This document shows, one piece after another, positions 52,500 to 61,041 of a stretch of DNA of 64,000 bases. The stretch spans positions 10,773 through 74,772 of the forward strand of contig CAZLPW010000001.1 of the NCBI GenBank assembly GCA_964561495.1, in the 5' to 3' direction. The notes beneath the pieces were generated by a model. It was not told where the DNA came from and ran no database searches. It saw only the letters and a list, made by a program, of their open reading frames with translations. Position 1 is the first letter of the stretch. Each line of letters begins with the position of its first letter. Position numbers and translations under genes: made by a program. This DNA comes from an uncultured bacterium (GTDB lineage: Bacteria; Fidelibacterota; Marinisomatia; Marinisomatales; UBA1611).

Positions 52500-52931
52500 A
52501 TGTCAAATTGGAGTCAAAACCATGATCTCGTCTATGCCTTTGTCTGTGTATCATTTTTAGCAGATGGGGAAGTAGATGAAGCAGAAAAAGAGGCAATGAG
52601 GGGGAACTGTAAAGTTATGGCCCCTGATATGTCTGATGATGACTATAATAGAACAGAAGCAGAAGTGATTGATAAATTCATTGAGTTAGGTGATGAAGCT
52701 TCTAGAAGTGCGCATTATACTAGCGCACTAGGTTCTCTAAAAGGAATGTTTACCAATGATGAAGATCGTTTTAAGTTGGTAAAAAACCTTGCTTATATTG
52801 CTAGAGCAGATGATTTCATCCATGAAAATGAAAAGGCAATGATTGAGGAAGCCGTAAGTGTACTAGATATGACTGATAAAGTTAGTCTTGTAATCACTGA
52901 ATCAACACTTTTTGTTGATTACAAAGGTTAG
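52500..52931 (+). CDS. stand-alone TerB-like domain protein
   Basis: 143 aa with SD GAAGGGGA upstream. Doubled acidic helix motif (FLADGEVDEAEKEAM and ARADDFIHENEKAMIEEA) of the TerB/DjlA-N type. Elevated GC (hand count 45% at 52561-52620). Confidence 0.65.
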   Translation: MSNWSQNHDLVYAFVCVSFLADGEVDEAEKEAMRGNCKVMAPDMSDDDYNRTEAEVIDKFIELGDEASRSAHYTSALGSLKGMFTNDEDRFKLVKNLAYIARADDFIHENEKAMIEEAVSVLDMTDKVSLVITESTLFVDYKG

Positions 52932-52953
52932 AGAACTGGATTAAAAGTATGAC

Positions 52954-52977
52954 AGCCGCACAAATTTTTGTGCGGCT
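52954..52977 (+). terminator. GC-rich hairpin after the TerB-like gene (possible leaky terminator or processing site)
   Basis: AGCCGCACA...TGTGCGGCT inverted repeat at 52954-52977, 22 nt after the stop. No clear T-run follows. Confidence 0.4.
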
Positions 52978-52988
52978 AGTATTAAAAT

Positions 52989-53171
52989 ATGAATAATACA
53001 GAGAGAGAATCCCCACGTAGGATTGATGAGCGTAGAAATACGCACAGAAGAGAGGGACACCGTAGGAAATCTAATGTTCCTGTAGATAGTGATAGGCGAA
53101 ATCAACTTGATAATCGCCAAGGTTATCAGCGGAAAGGAAATCGCCGTGCAGAGGGAGAAAGAAGAAATTAA
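52989..53171 (+). CDS. 60-aa arginine-rich, low-complexity basic peptide (hypothetical; could be non-coding)
   Basis: 17 Arg in 60 residues, including seven RR doublets (ERRN, HRRE, HRRK, DRRN, NRRA, ERRN). No hydrophobic core and no obvious SD. Bracketed by two hairpins. Hand-counted GC is 47% at 53041-53100. Confidence 0.4.
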   Translation: MNNTERESPRRIDERRNTHRREGHRRKSNVPVDSDRRNQLDNRQGYQRKGNRRAEGERRN

Positions 53172-53172
53172 T

Positions 53173-53200
53173 AAAAAAGGCAGATTTAACTGCCTTTTTT
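53173..53200. terminator. bidirectional Rho-independent terminator
   Basis: A6 - GGCAG - ATTTAA - CTGCC - T6 (53173-53200), between the convergent genes ending at 53171 (+) and 53228 (-). Confidence 0.75.
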
Positions 53201-53227
53201 ATTAAGAATAAATATTATATATATATT

Positions 53228-53899
53228 CTAGCAATAGACTCTTTGTATTCCTGATAAGAATCTATTTAATGCCTCTAGGGCGCTATCAACTGATTTTACT
53301 ATTTCCTGCCTATGCTCTTCACTATTTCCTAGTTCAACTATTAGATTTCTTATCACCTCTCGGTGCCATTTGTCTGCGTGCATATGTACTGTGAAGAATT
53401 TCAGGGCGTTTTTATCATTAATATTATAATATTTTTTTAATCCCTCTATCTTTGTTTCTGCTATTTCTGGTACCATGGATTCATAACAATATAATGCTGC
53501 TATTCCGATATGGGTTTTTTCATTTTTAGATAATTTCGAAAAAGTGTCAACTAGTTTTTTGGTTTCCATAATCATTTTTTTAGAGATTACTTCTTTTCTA
53601 GTGATTCCAGTGCCTTCTGCGAAGCGCATCCAAAGTTCAGGGTGGTTTTCATCGCCCATTTCTTCATCAATCAGGTTTTCTAAAATAACTTGTCTGGTTT
53701 TGATATCATCACAGTTTGTATGTATTGATGATAAGTATCTTGGAAAAGCTTTAACATGATTGAAATACTGTGCAGCATATTCTTGTATAGTGTTAACTCC
53801 TAATTTCCCAGCATTCCAGGCTTCATAAAATGGGTGTTTCAATAAGTGTAGGTCATCTATTTTTTTATCAATATTTTTGATAAAAGATAAATTGTTCAT
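53228..53899 (-). CDS. CADD/PqqC/TenA-like heme-oxygenase-fold protein (CADD-type, candidate pABA/folate-related enzyme)
   Basis: 223 aa. HPFYEAWNAGKL..., QYFNHVKAFPRYL, ENLIDEEMGDENHPELWMRFAEG and FFTVHMHADKWH match the CADD (Chlamydia CT610-like) di-metal helical bundle pattern. Confidence 0.75.
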   Translation of the reverse strand: MNNLSFIKNIDKKIDDLHLLKHPFYEAWNAGKLGVNTIQEYAAQYFNHVKAFPRYLSSIHTNCDDIKTRQVILENLIDEEMGDENHPELWMRFAEGTGITRKEVISKKMIMETKKLVDTFSKLSKNEKTHIGIAALYCYESMVPEIAETKIEGLKKYYNINDKNALKFFTVHMHADKWHREVIRNLIVELGNSEEHRQEIVKSVDSALEALNRFLSGIQRVYC

Positions 53900-53998
53900 T
53901 TGATTTTATCCTTCTATTATTAGTGAATGAATTTCTTAAAATTAACATTTGTATAAAATAAAATAAAAGAACCAACTTTATAATAATTAAAATTTATA

Positions 53999-55291
53999 AT
54001 GAGTACTCCAACAAAACGAATTGCATTTCATACTATGGGTTGCAAATTAAATTTTTCAGAGACATCTACACTTTCGAGAGATTTTATACAGTATGGATTT
54101 ATGGCGGTTAATTATAAAGATGTAGCAGATATCTATGTTTTAAATTCTTGTTCTGTTACTAATAATGCTGATAAAGAGGCCCGAAGGTTAATTAGGCAAG
54201 CAAAAAGGAAAAATCCTTTATCTACCATAGTGGTAACTGGATGCTATGCTCAATTAAGACCCCAAGAAGTTGGCTCAATCGAAGGTGTGGATTTAGTAGT
54301 AGGCGCAAAAGAAAAATTTGACTTATTAAAATATTTGGATACTATGGATTTAAAACTGGATTTGAGAATATTAACATCGGATATTAATTCTGTTAAAGAG
54401 TTTATTCCTTCTTATTCTTCTGATGAGCGGACACGTTCTTTTTTAAAAATCCAAGATGGTTGCAACTATAATTGTTCATTTTGTACAATCCCATTAGCTC
54501 GAGGTAGAAGTAGAAGCAACTCTATTAAAAAAACAATAAAAGTAGCAAAAAAAATTGAAAAAACAGGGTCAAAAGAAATTGTTTTAACAGGAGTTAATAT
54601 TGGTGATTTTGGTATAGGAACAAATGAAAATCTTATTGGCCTTCTACAAGAATTAGATAAGTTAGATGATATAGAGCGCATTAGAATTTCTTCGATTGAA
54701 CCTAATCTTTTAACAGATGAAATTATTCAATTCTGTGAATCATCCAAAAAATTCATGCCTCATTTTCATATCCCTCTCCAATCAGGCTCTAATAAAATAT
54801 TAGGAGCTATGAAACGTAGATATGATACCAAAGCATATAAAGATCGAATAAAAAAAATTAATGAGATAAGCCCAGAAGCTTGTATTGGAGTAGATGTTAT
54901 AGTTGGGTTTCCAGGTGAATCAGATGAAGATTTTTCGGATACATATAATTTTTTGAATGAACTTGATATTACATATCTTCATGTTTTTACCTATTCAGAA
55001 AGAAGAGGAACTGAATCTATTAAAATCAGTGCAAAAGTCCAAAAAGAGGATAAATCTAAAAGAAGTAAAATTCTTCATGCTTTATCGGTAAAAAAACAAC
55101 ACATCTTCAATAATAAATTTATTAATACCAAAAGACCAGTTTTATTTGAATTATCAAAAGGTGGATATATAATAGGCCATACAGATAATTATATTAAAGC
55201 TTATGTTAAAAGCCTAACTACTTATAATAACCAAATAGTTGAAATTAATTTAATCGAAAACAATGGTGGCCATGTGATAGGTTGCATCTGA
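53999..55291 (+). CDS. mtaB: radical-SAM methylthiotransferase, MtaB-like (tRNA ms2t6A)
   Basis: 430 aa with an N-terminal MTTase Cys triad (GCKLN...NSCSVT...TGCY) and the radical-SAM cluster CNYNCSFCTIP. Confidence 0.85.
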   Translation: MSTPTKRIAFHTMGCKLNFSETSTLSRDFIQYGFMAVNYKDVADIYVLNSCSVTNNADKEARRLIRQAKRKNPLSTIVVTGCYAQLRPQEVGSIEGVDLVVGAKEKFDLLKYLDTMDLKLDLRILTSDINSVKEFIPSYSSDERTRSFLKIQDGCNYNCSFCTIPLARGRSRSNSIKKTIKVAKKIEKTGSKEIVLTGVNIGDFGIGTNENLIGLLQELDKLDDIERIRISSIEPNLLTDEIIQFCESSKKFMPHFHIPLQSGSNKILGAMKRRYDTKAYKDRIKKINEISPEACIGVDVIVGFPGESDEDFSDTYNFLNELDITYLHVFTYSERRGTESIKISAKVQKEDKSKRSKILHALSVKKQHIFNNKFINTKRPVLFELSKGGYIIGHTDNYIKAYVKSLTTYNNQIVEINLIENNGGHVIGCI

Positions 55292-55328
55292 TTTGTAAAG
55301 TTCATTTTATTATTTAAAATATAGAAAA

Positions 55329-57206
55329 ATGATATATATTGATAGTCTATCAAAATCTTATAATGATAATTATTTGTTTTCTAATGTAAATATTGTTCTT
55401 AAAAAAGGTATGAGAATTGGACTTGTTGGCGCTAATGGTACGGGTAAAACAACATTGCTTCGAATATTAGTGGGTGAAGAAAATTATGATTTTGGTAATG
55501 TTCAAGCTGATAAAAAAATAAGCATAGGTTATCTACCGCAAGATATTATTTCTGGGTCGAAATGTTCAGTGTTGGAAGAAACACTTAAATCTTTTCCTAA
55601 ACTAAAAAGAATTGAAATTGAGATAGATAGATTAAATGATGTAATAAAACAAGATCCAGGAAATAAGAGCGCTATAAAAGAAGTTGGTGACTTACAACAC
55701 AAGTATGAGGTAATAGGCGGTTGGTCAATAGAAAACAAAGCAAAAAAAATTCTAGGTGGCCTTGGTTTTAAAGAAGATCAATTTAAAGAGAAAGTATCCA
55801 CCTTTTCTGGAGGATGGCGGATGCGTATTGCCTTAGCTTCAATTTTATTAAAAAATCCAGATATTATTTTTTTAGACGAACCAACAAATCACTTAGATTT
55901 AGATGCAACTATCTGGTTGGAAAATTTTTTATATGATTGGAAGGGAAGTCTAGTTTTAATTAGTCATGATAGGACCTTTTTGGACAAGTCAGTAAACCAT
56001 ATACTTGAAATCGAATTTAAAAAAGTCTTTTTATTTAAAGGTGATTATTCAAATTACCTAAGTGAAAAGTCTGTAAGGATGGAACAGCAAATGAATGCTT
56101 TCCAAAATCAGCAAAAACAGATAAAACAGACAGAAAGGTTTATTGAAAGATTCAGATATAAAAATAAAAAAGCATCTCAAGTACAAAGTAGAGTAAAAAC
56201 TTTAGCAAAAATGGAGAAAATTGAATCACCTATAGAAGATAATAAAATATTAAATCTAATTATCCCCAACAAGACCAGGTCTCCATTAAAAATTATTTGG
56301 TGCCATGATTTAGGTAAAAGGTATGATAGTAACATAGTTTTTAAGAGTTTGAATTTTACAGTTGAAAGAAATCAAAAAATTGGATTAATTGGATATAACG
56401 GAGCAGGTAAATCAACGTTATTAAAATTATTAGCAAATGCAATAGAGCCAAGCTCTGGTAAAATAAAAAGCGGGGAAAATGTAAAAATAGCATATTATGC
56501 ACAGCATCAATTAGACTTATTAGATAAAGATGAATCAGTATTTGATTCCATAGTATCCGTTTCATCTGGGAAAAGTGATACAGAGATTAGGACTTATTTA
56601 GGAAGCTTTTTATTTTCTGGCGAAGATATAGAAAAAAATATAGAGGTTTTATCTGGAGGGGAAAAAGCGAGAGTGGCTTTGGCAAGAATGTTGCTGAAAC
56701 CAGTTGACCTTTTATTATTAGATGAACCAACAAATCACTTAGATATGCGATCCCGGGAAGTTTTAGAAATCGCATTAAAAAGATATAAAGGTTCAATAGT
56801 ATGCATATCGCATGACAGACATTTTTTAAATAAAGTTACTAATACAATATGGAAAGTTCAGGGAGGAGGAATTCAAATCTATAATGGGAACTACGACTAT
56901 TTTATTTGGAAAGAAAAAAAAATAACTGATAAAAATTTGAAACCAGAAAAATTTTTAAAGCAAAATAAAAAAGCTAGTCTAAACTATAAAATGAAAAAAA
57001 AACATAAAAATCGATTAAACTGGATTGAAAAAAGATTTTCTTGTTTAGATAATGAAATTAGCATTGAAAAAAAATTACTTAATGATCCAATTAATTCTAA
57101 AGATTACAAAATGTTACAAAAAAAAATAGAAAATATTCAAAGACTAGAAGAGGAATATTTTAAGCTAATCGATGAACAGGAAAGAATACAACTAGAGATA
57201 GATTAA
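55329..57206 (+). CDS. ABC-F family ATPase (translation-factor type, no TM domain)
   Basis: 625 aa with two ABC cassettes (GANGTGKTT/FSGGWRMR and GYNGAGKST/LSGGEKAR) joined by a charged linker, plus a coiled-coil C-terminus. Confidence 0.92.
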   Translation: MIYIDSLSKSYNDNYLFSNVNIVLKKGMRIGLVGANGTGKTTLLRILVGEENYDFGNVQADKKISIGYLPQDIISGSKCSVLEETLKSFPKLKRIEIEIDRLNDVIKQDPGNKSAIKEVGDLQHKYEVIGGWSIENKAKKILGGLGFKEDQFKEKVSTFSGGWRMRIALASILLKNPDIIFLDEPTNHLDLDATIWLENFLYDWKGSLVLISHDRTFLDKSVNHILEIEFKKVFLFKGDYSNYLSEKSVRMEQQMNAFQNQQKQIKQTERFIERFRYKNKKASQVQSRVKTLAKMEKIESPIEDNKILNLIIPNKTRSPLKIIWCHDLGKRYDSNIVFKSLNFTVERNQKIGLIGYNGAGKSTLLKLLANAIEPSSGKIKSGENVKIAYYAQHQLDLLDKDESVFDSIVSVSSGKSDTEIRTYLGSFLFSGEDIEKNIEVLSGGEKARVALARMLLKPVDLLLLDEPTNHLDMRSREVLEIALKRYKGSIVCISHDRHFLNKVTNTIWKVQGGGIQIYNGNYDYFIWKEKKITDKNLKPEKFLKQNKKASLNYKMKKKHKNRLNWIEKRFSCLDNEISIEKKLLNDPINSKDYKMLQKKIENIQRLEEEYFKLIDEQERIQLEID

Positions 57207-57227
57207 AAACTATTTTTGGTTTTTTTG

Positions 57228-60056
57228 CTAAGCTTTATCCTCTTTATACTCTTCAATAGCTGCGCAAGTACAAACTAAATTCCTGTCTCCAAAAGTATTG
57301 TCAATCCGGCCTACTGGAGGCCAATATTTATAATCATGCAACCAAGAAGATGGATATGCTGCCTCTTTTCTAGAATATGGATAAGACCATTTATCGGAAC
57401 TTAATTCTAGAGCAGTATGTGGAGCGTTTCTTAAAATACTATTTTCAATTAAAGTTCCATTTTTTATTATTAATTTAATTTCATTTTTAATACTAATCAT
57501 AGCTTCACAAAATCTATCCAGTTCATCCTTAGATTCGCTTTCAGTCGGTTCTATCATCATTGTCCCTTGAACTGGCCATGACATAGTTGGTGCATGAAAC
57601 CCATAGTCCATAAGTCTTTTTGCAATGTCCTCTTCATTAACACCACTTTTTTGTTTTAAGGGTCTTATATCAATAATAAACTCATGTGCACAAAAGCCAC
57701 TTATGCCTCTGTATAATATAGGGAAATGATTTTCAATTTTTTTTGCCATATAGTTTGCATTTAAAATTGCAACTTGAGAGGCCTGTTTTAATCCATCTGG
57801 TCCCATCATTGATATATATGCCCATGAAATAGTTAAAATACTACTACTCCCATAGGGTGAGGCAGAAACAGTATTGATTGTTTTTTCATCATTTTTTCTA
57901 GTGTGAAAATGATTTGGAAGAAAATCCGATAAATGTTTTTTACAGACTATTGGTCCCATTCCTGGGCCACCACCACCATGTGGTATGCAAAAAGTTTTAT
58001 GAAGATTTATATGCATAACATCACATCCAAAATCACCAGGCTTACATAAACCCACGAGCGCATTTAAATTTGCTCCATCCATATATATTTGCCCTCCATT
58101 ATTATGAATTAATTGACAAATATCTTTAATTGAATTTTCAAATACACCATGGGTAGAAGGATATGTTACCATTAATGCAGAAATATTTTCAGAATGTTTT
58201 TTAACTTTTTCATTTAGATCATCTTCTGATATGTTTCCATGTTTATCACATTTAACTATAACAACTTGCATCCCCGCCATTATAGCTGAAGCTGGATTTG
58301 TTCCATGGGCAGATGATGGGATTAGACAAATATTTCTATTAGTATTTCCATTAGCTTTATGATATTCTCTAATTAGTAAAAGCCCTGCGTATTCTCCTTG
58401 TGCTCCTGAATTAGGTTGAAAAGAAATATCATCAAAACCAGTAATATTTGTAAGCCATTCTCCTAATTCGGTAAGTATTTTATTGTATCCTTGCGCTTGA
58501 TTAAGTGGGCAAAAAGGGTGTAATTCTCCAAACTCTGGCCATGATAGTGCTTCCATTTCTGAAGCTGCATTTAATTTCATGGTACATGAGCCTAGTGGAA
58601 TCATACTTGAATTAAGGGAAAGATCTTTGGTTTCTAATTTATGCATGTAGCGCATAAGTTTTGTTTCTGTTTGGTAATTTTTAAAAGTAGGATGTTCTAA
58701 ATAAGATGATTTTCTAAGGACATCATTAGGAATATATGTAGTTTTTGCACCTAATATTTTTGCCCCAAAAACAGATGCAATCTTTTTAATATCATCTTCT
58801 GTGCTAGTTTCATCTAAAGAAATCCCGATAGTGTTATCATTGAATTTTCTAAAATTAATATTTAAAAGGTCTGCTTTGCCCGCCCATTTATCAGCTTTGA
58901 TACAGATTGTATCAAAAAAACATTTATGTTTAATAAAAATCCCTCTATTAATAAGTGACTCAGCTAATAGATAAGTAAGGTTATTTATGCGATTTGCTAT
59001 TTCAAGCAAACCAGCCTTGCCATGGTAAACTCCATACATACTAGATATTATAGCGAGCAAAGCCTGTGATGTGCAAATATTTGACGTGGCTTTTTCTCTT
59101 CTTATATGTTGTTCTCTAGTTTGTAGAGCCATCCTATATGCTGGGTTTCCATGTTTATCCTTAGATAAACCTATTATTCGGCCTGGAATTTTGCGTTTGA
59201 ATTTTTCGGTAGTTGCAAAAAATGCAGCATGAGGACCACCATATCCCATGGGGACACCAAATCTTTGGGAACTGCCAATAGCTGCATCAGCGCCCATTTC
59301 ACCTGGCGGTTTTATTTTTGTAAGGGCAAGCAGATCAGTAGCAATACAAACAAATGATTTGTTTTCCTTTGCTATTTTACAAATAGATGAAAAGTTTTTA
59401 ACCAAACCTTCGGTATCTGGGTTTTGTAAAAGAATGCCAAAAACAGAGTCATGAAATTTAATTTTTTGAGTATCTATTATTTTAAGTTTAATACCTAATG
59501 GTTCAGACCGAGTTTTAAGTACATCAATTGTTTGGGGATGGCATTTATTTGATATTAGAAAACAGTTTTTATGATTTCTGGGGTTCATATTATAAAACAT
59601 GATCATTGCTTCAGCGGCAGCTGTAGATTCATCTAGTAAAGATGCATTAGATATTGGTAAACCAGTTAGATCACAAACAAGAGTTTGGTAATTGAATAAG
59701 GCCTCCAATCTGCCCTGGCTTATTTCTGCTTGATAAGGCGTATACTGAGTATACCAACCTGGGTTTTCCAAAATATTTCTTTTAATTACGGAGGGAACTA
59801 TTGTTCCATAATATCCCATTCCAATAAAAGATTTATTAATTTTATTTTGTTTTGACAATTTATATAGTCTTTCTAACATTTTTTGTTCGGTAATTGCATT
59901 TGGCGTATCAATTTTAGCATTGGATTTAATTGCTTCAGGAATAATATTATCAATAAATAAATCGAGCGTTTTAAATCCCATTGAGGATAAAATCGTATTA
60001 ATATGATCAAGCGATCCAATGTGTTTGGATTTAAACATTGTTTTTGTTTCCTTCAT
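57228..60056 (-). CDS. gcvP: glycine dehydrogenase (decarboxylating), single-chain P protein
   Basis: About 940 aa with full-length GcvP similarity (KHIGS.., PGWYTQYTPYQAEISQGRLEAL, PLGSCTMKLNA, NLHKTFCIPHGGGGPG). The track start at 60092 is probably too far upstream. In-frame ATGs at 60056 and 60038 are both plausible. Confidence 0.95.
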   Translation of the reverse strand: MKETKTMFKSKHIGSLDHINTILSSMGFKTLDLFIDNIIPEAIKSNAKIDTPNAITEQKMLERLYKLSKQNKINKSFIGMGYYGTIVPSVIKRNILENPGWYTQYTPYQAEISQGRLEALFNYQTLVCDLTGLPISNASLLDESTAAAEAMIMFYNMNPRNHKNCFLISNKCHPQTIDVLKTRSEPLGIKLKIIDTQKIKFHDSVFGILLQNPDTEGLVKNFSSICKIAKENKSFVCIATDLLALTKIKPPGEMGADAAIGSSQRFGVPMGYGGPHAAFFATTEKFKRKIPGRIIGLSKDKHGNPAYRMALQTREQHIRREKATSNICTSQALLAIISSMYGVYHGKAGLLEIANRINNLTYLLAESLINRGIFIKHKCFFDTICIKADKWAGKADLLNINFRKFNDNTIGISLDETSTEDDIKKIASVFGAKILGAKTTYIPNDVLRKSSYLEHPTFKNYQTETKLMRYMHKLETKDLSLNSSMIPLGSCTMKLNAASEMEALSWPEFGELHPFCPLNQAQGYNKILTELGEWLTNITGFDDISFQPNSGAQGEYAGLLLIREYHKANGNTNRNICLIPSSAHGTNPASAIMAGMQVVIVKCDKHGNISEDDLNEKVKKHSENISALMVTYPSTHGVFENSIKDICQLIHNNGGQIYMDGANLNALVGLCKPGDFGCDVMHINLHKTFCIPHGGGGPGMGPIVCKKHLSDFLPNHFHTRKNDEKTINTVSASPYGSSSILTISWAYISMMGPDGLKQASQVAILNANYMAKKIENHFPILYRGISGFCAHEFIIDIRPLKQKSGVNEEDIAKRLMDYGFHAPTMSWPVQGTMMIEPTESESKDELDRFCEAMISIKNEIKLIIKNGTLIENSILRNAPHTALELSSDKWSYPYSRKEAAYPSSWLHDYKYWPPVGRIDNTFGDRNLVCTCAAIEEYKEDKA

Positions 60057-60144
60057 AAATAAACTGGTTTTATTGGGGCTAAACGTTAACACTAATAATT
60101 AATCTATAGTATGGTGTTTTTATAAAGGAAAGATAAAAAGTTTA

Positions 60145-60172
60145 GTTGTAAAATAGGCGGTTGTAAAATAGG
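60145..60172. repeat. tandem 13-bp direct repeat upstream of gcvP
   Basis: GTTGTAAAATAGG at 60145-57, CG spacer, then GTTGTAAAATAGG at 60160-72, about 90-130 nt upstream of the gcvP start on the opposite strand. Confidence 0.85.
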
Positions 60173-60282
60173 TTTAAATGAAACAATTGGTAATAATAAG
60201 GGAAAAAAGAATTATTCTTTTTTTAAGAAAAATTTTTCTAATATTTTTAGGAATATTATTTTCTGAGATTAATTAACAAACA

Positions 60283-60310
60283 AAATGCACCAGTCAGGTG
60301 CATTTGTTTT
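60283..60310. promoter_or_regulatory. terminator-like 9-bp hairpin in a divergent intergenic region
   Basis: AAATGCACC (60283-91) / GGTGCATTT (60297-305), loop AGTCA, with T-rich tracts on both strands. It overlaps the GTG (60298) used by the ORF track. Confidence 0.4.
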
Positions 60311-60327
60311 ATAGAGAGGATTTTAAT

Positions 60328-61032
60328 TTGATTGAACAGTTAAAGCAGTTACAAGATATAGATACGAAATTACAAGATATTAGTGAACTTTTAGGGGATC
60401 TTCCTGAAAAAGTAGAAGAATTGGATGAACAGGAAAGTAGACTTGTCCAGTCAATTGATGATAATCTTAGTTATTTAAAAAAATTGGAACTTGAATTAAG
60501 CAAAATTGATGTACGGAATTCTGAGGTTAATAATAAAATTGAAAAATTAAAAGATCAGTTATTTCTTGTTACAAATAATAAACAATATGACGCAATTATG
60601 AATGAGATTGATCATTTTAAAGAAGAAAATAAATTAATTGAAAAACAAACATTAGAAATGATGGAAGAAAAAGATTCTTTAGATGGGCAAACATCAGAAA
60701 TGCAATCACAGTTAGAAACTTTAACTTCAGATCTTGTTATTCGAAGAGAAAAACTAAATAACGCGATTTCAGAATCAGCCGATGAAAAATCTATATTGGA
60801 TAAAAAAAGGACTAATCATGTTAACCAAGTTGATGAAAAAACATTTTTAGAATATGAAAAGGTTCTTAATGCCCGTGACGGTTTAGCAGTGGTTTCACTT
60901 TCTGGATATTCTTGTGGTGGATGTGGAGCACAAATTCCAATGCAGACTGTTTCGGAAATAAAATTAAAAACAATTCATAGATGTGGTGTTTGTGGTAGAT
61001 TCTTGTATAATGAATCAAAAAAAATAAATTAA
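60328..61032 (+). CDS. coiled-coil protein with a C-terminal C4 zinc ribbon (COG1579 / HP0958-like family)
   Basis: I prefer the TTG at 60328, preceded by AGAGAGGA. It has a long coiled coil and then CGGCGAQIP...HRCGVCGRFLY. The track alternative is the GTG at 60298. Confidence 0.75.
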   Translation: MIEQLKQLQDIDTKLQDISELLGDLPEKVEELDEQESRLVQSIDDNLSYLKKLELELSKIDVRNSEVNNKIEKLKDQLFLVTNNKQYDAIMNEIDHFKEENKLIEKQTLEMMEEKDSLDGQTSEMQSQLETLTSDLVIRREKLNNAISESADEKSILDKKRTNHVNQVDEKTFLEYEKVLNARDGLAVVSLSGYSCGGCGAQIPMQTVSEIKLKTIHRCGVCGRFLYNESKKIN

Positions 61033-61041
61033 TGTAAAAAC

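Noticed and set aside
60057-60300. Glycine riboswitch upstream of gcvP
   Set aside because: There are no GGAGAG...CACCG...GGGGCAA-like conserved cores on the gcvP strand, and the leader is almost pure A/T.
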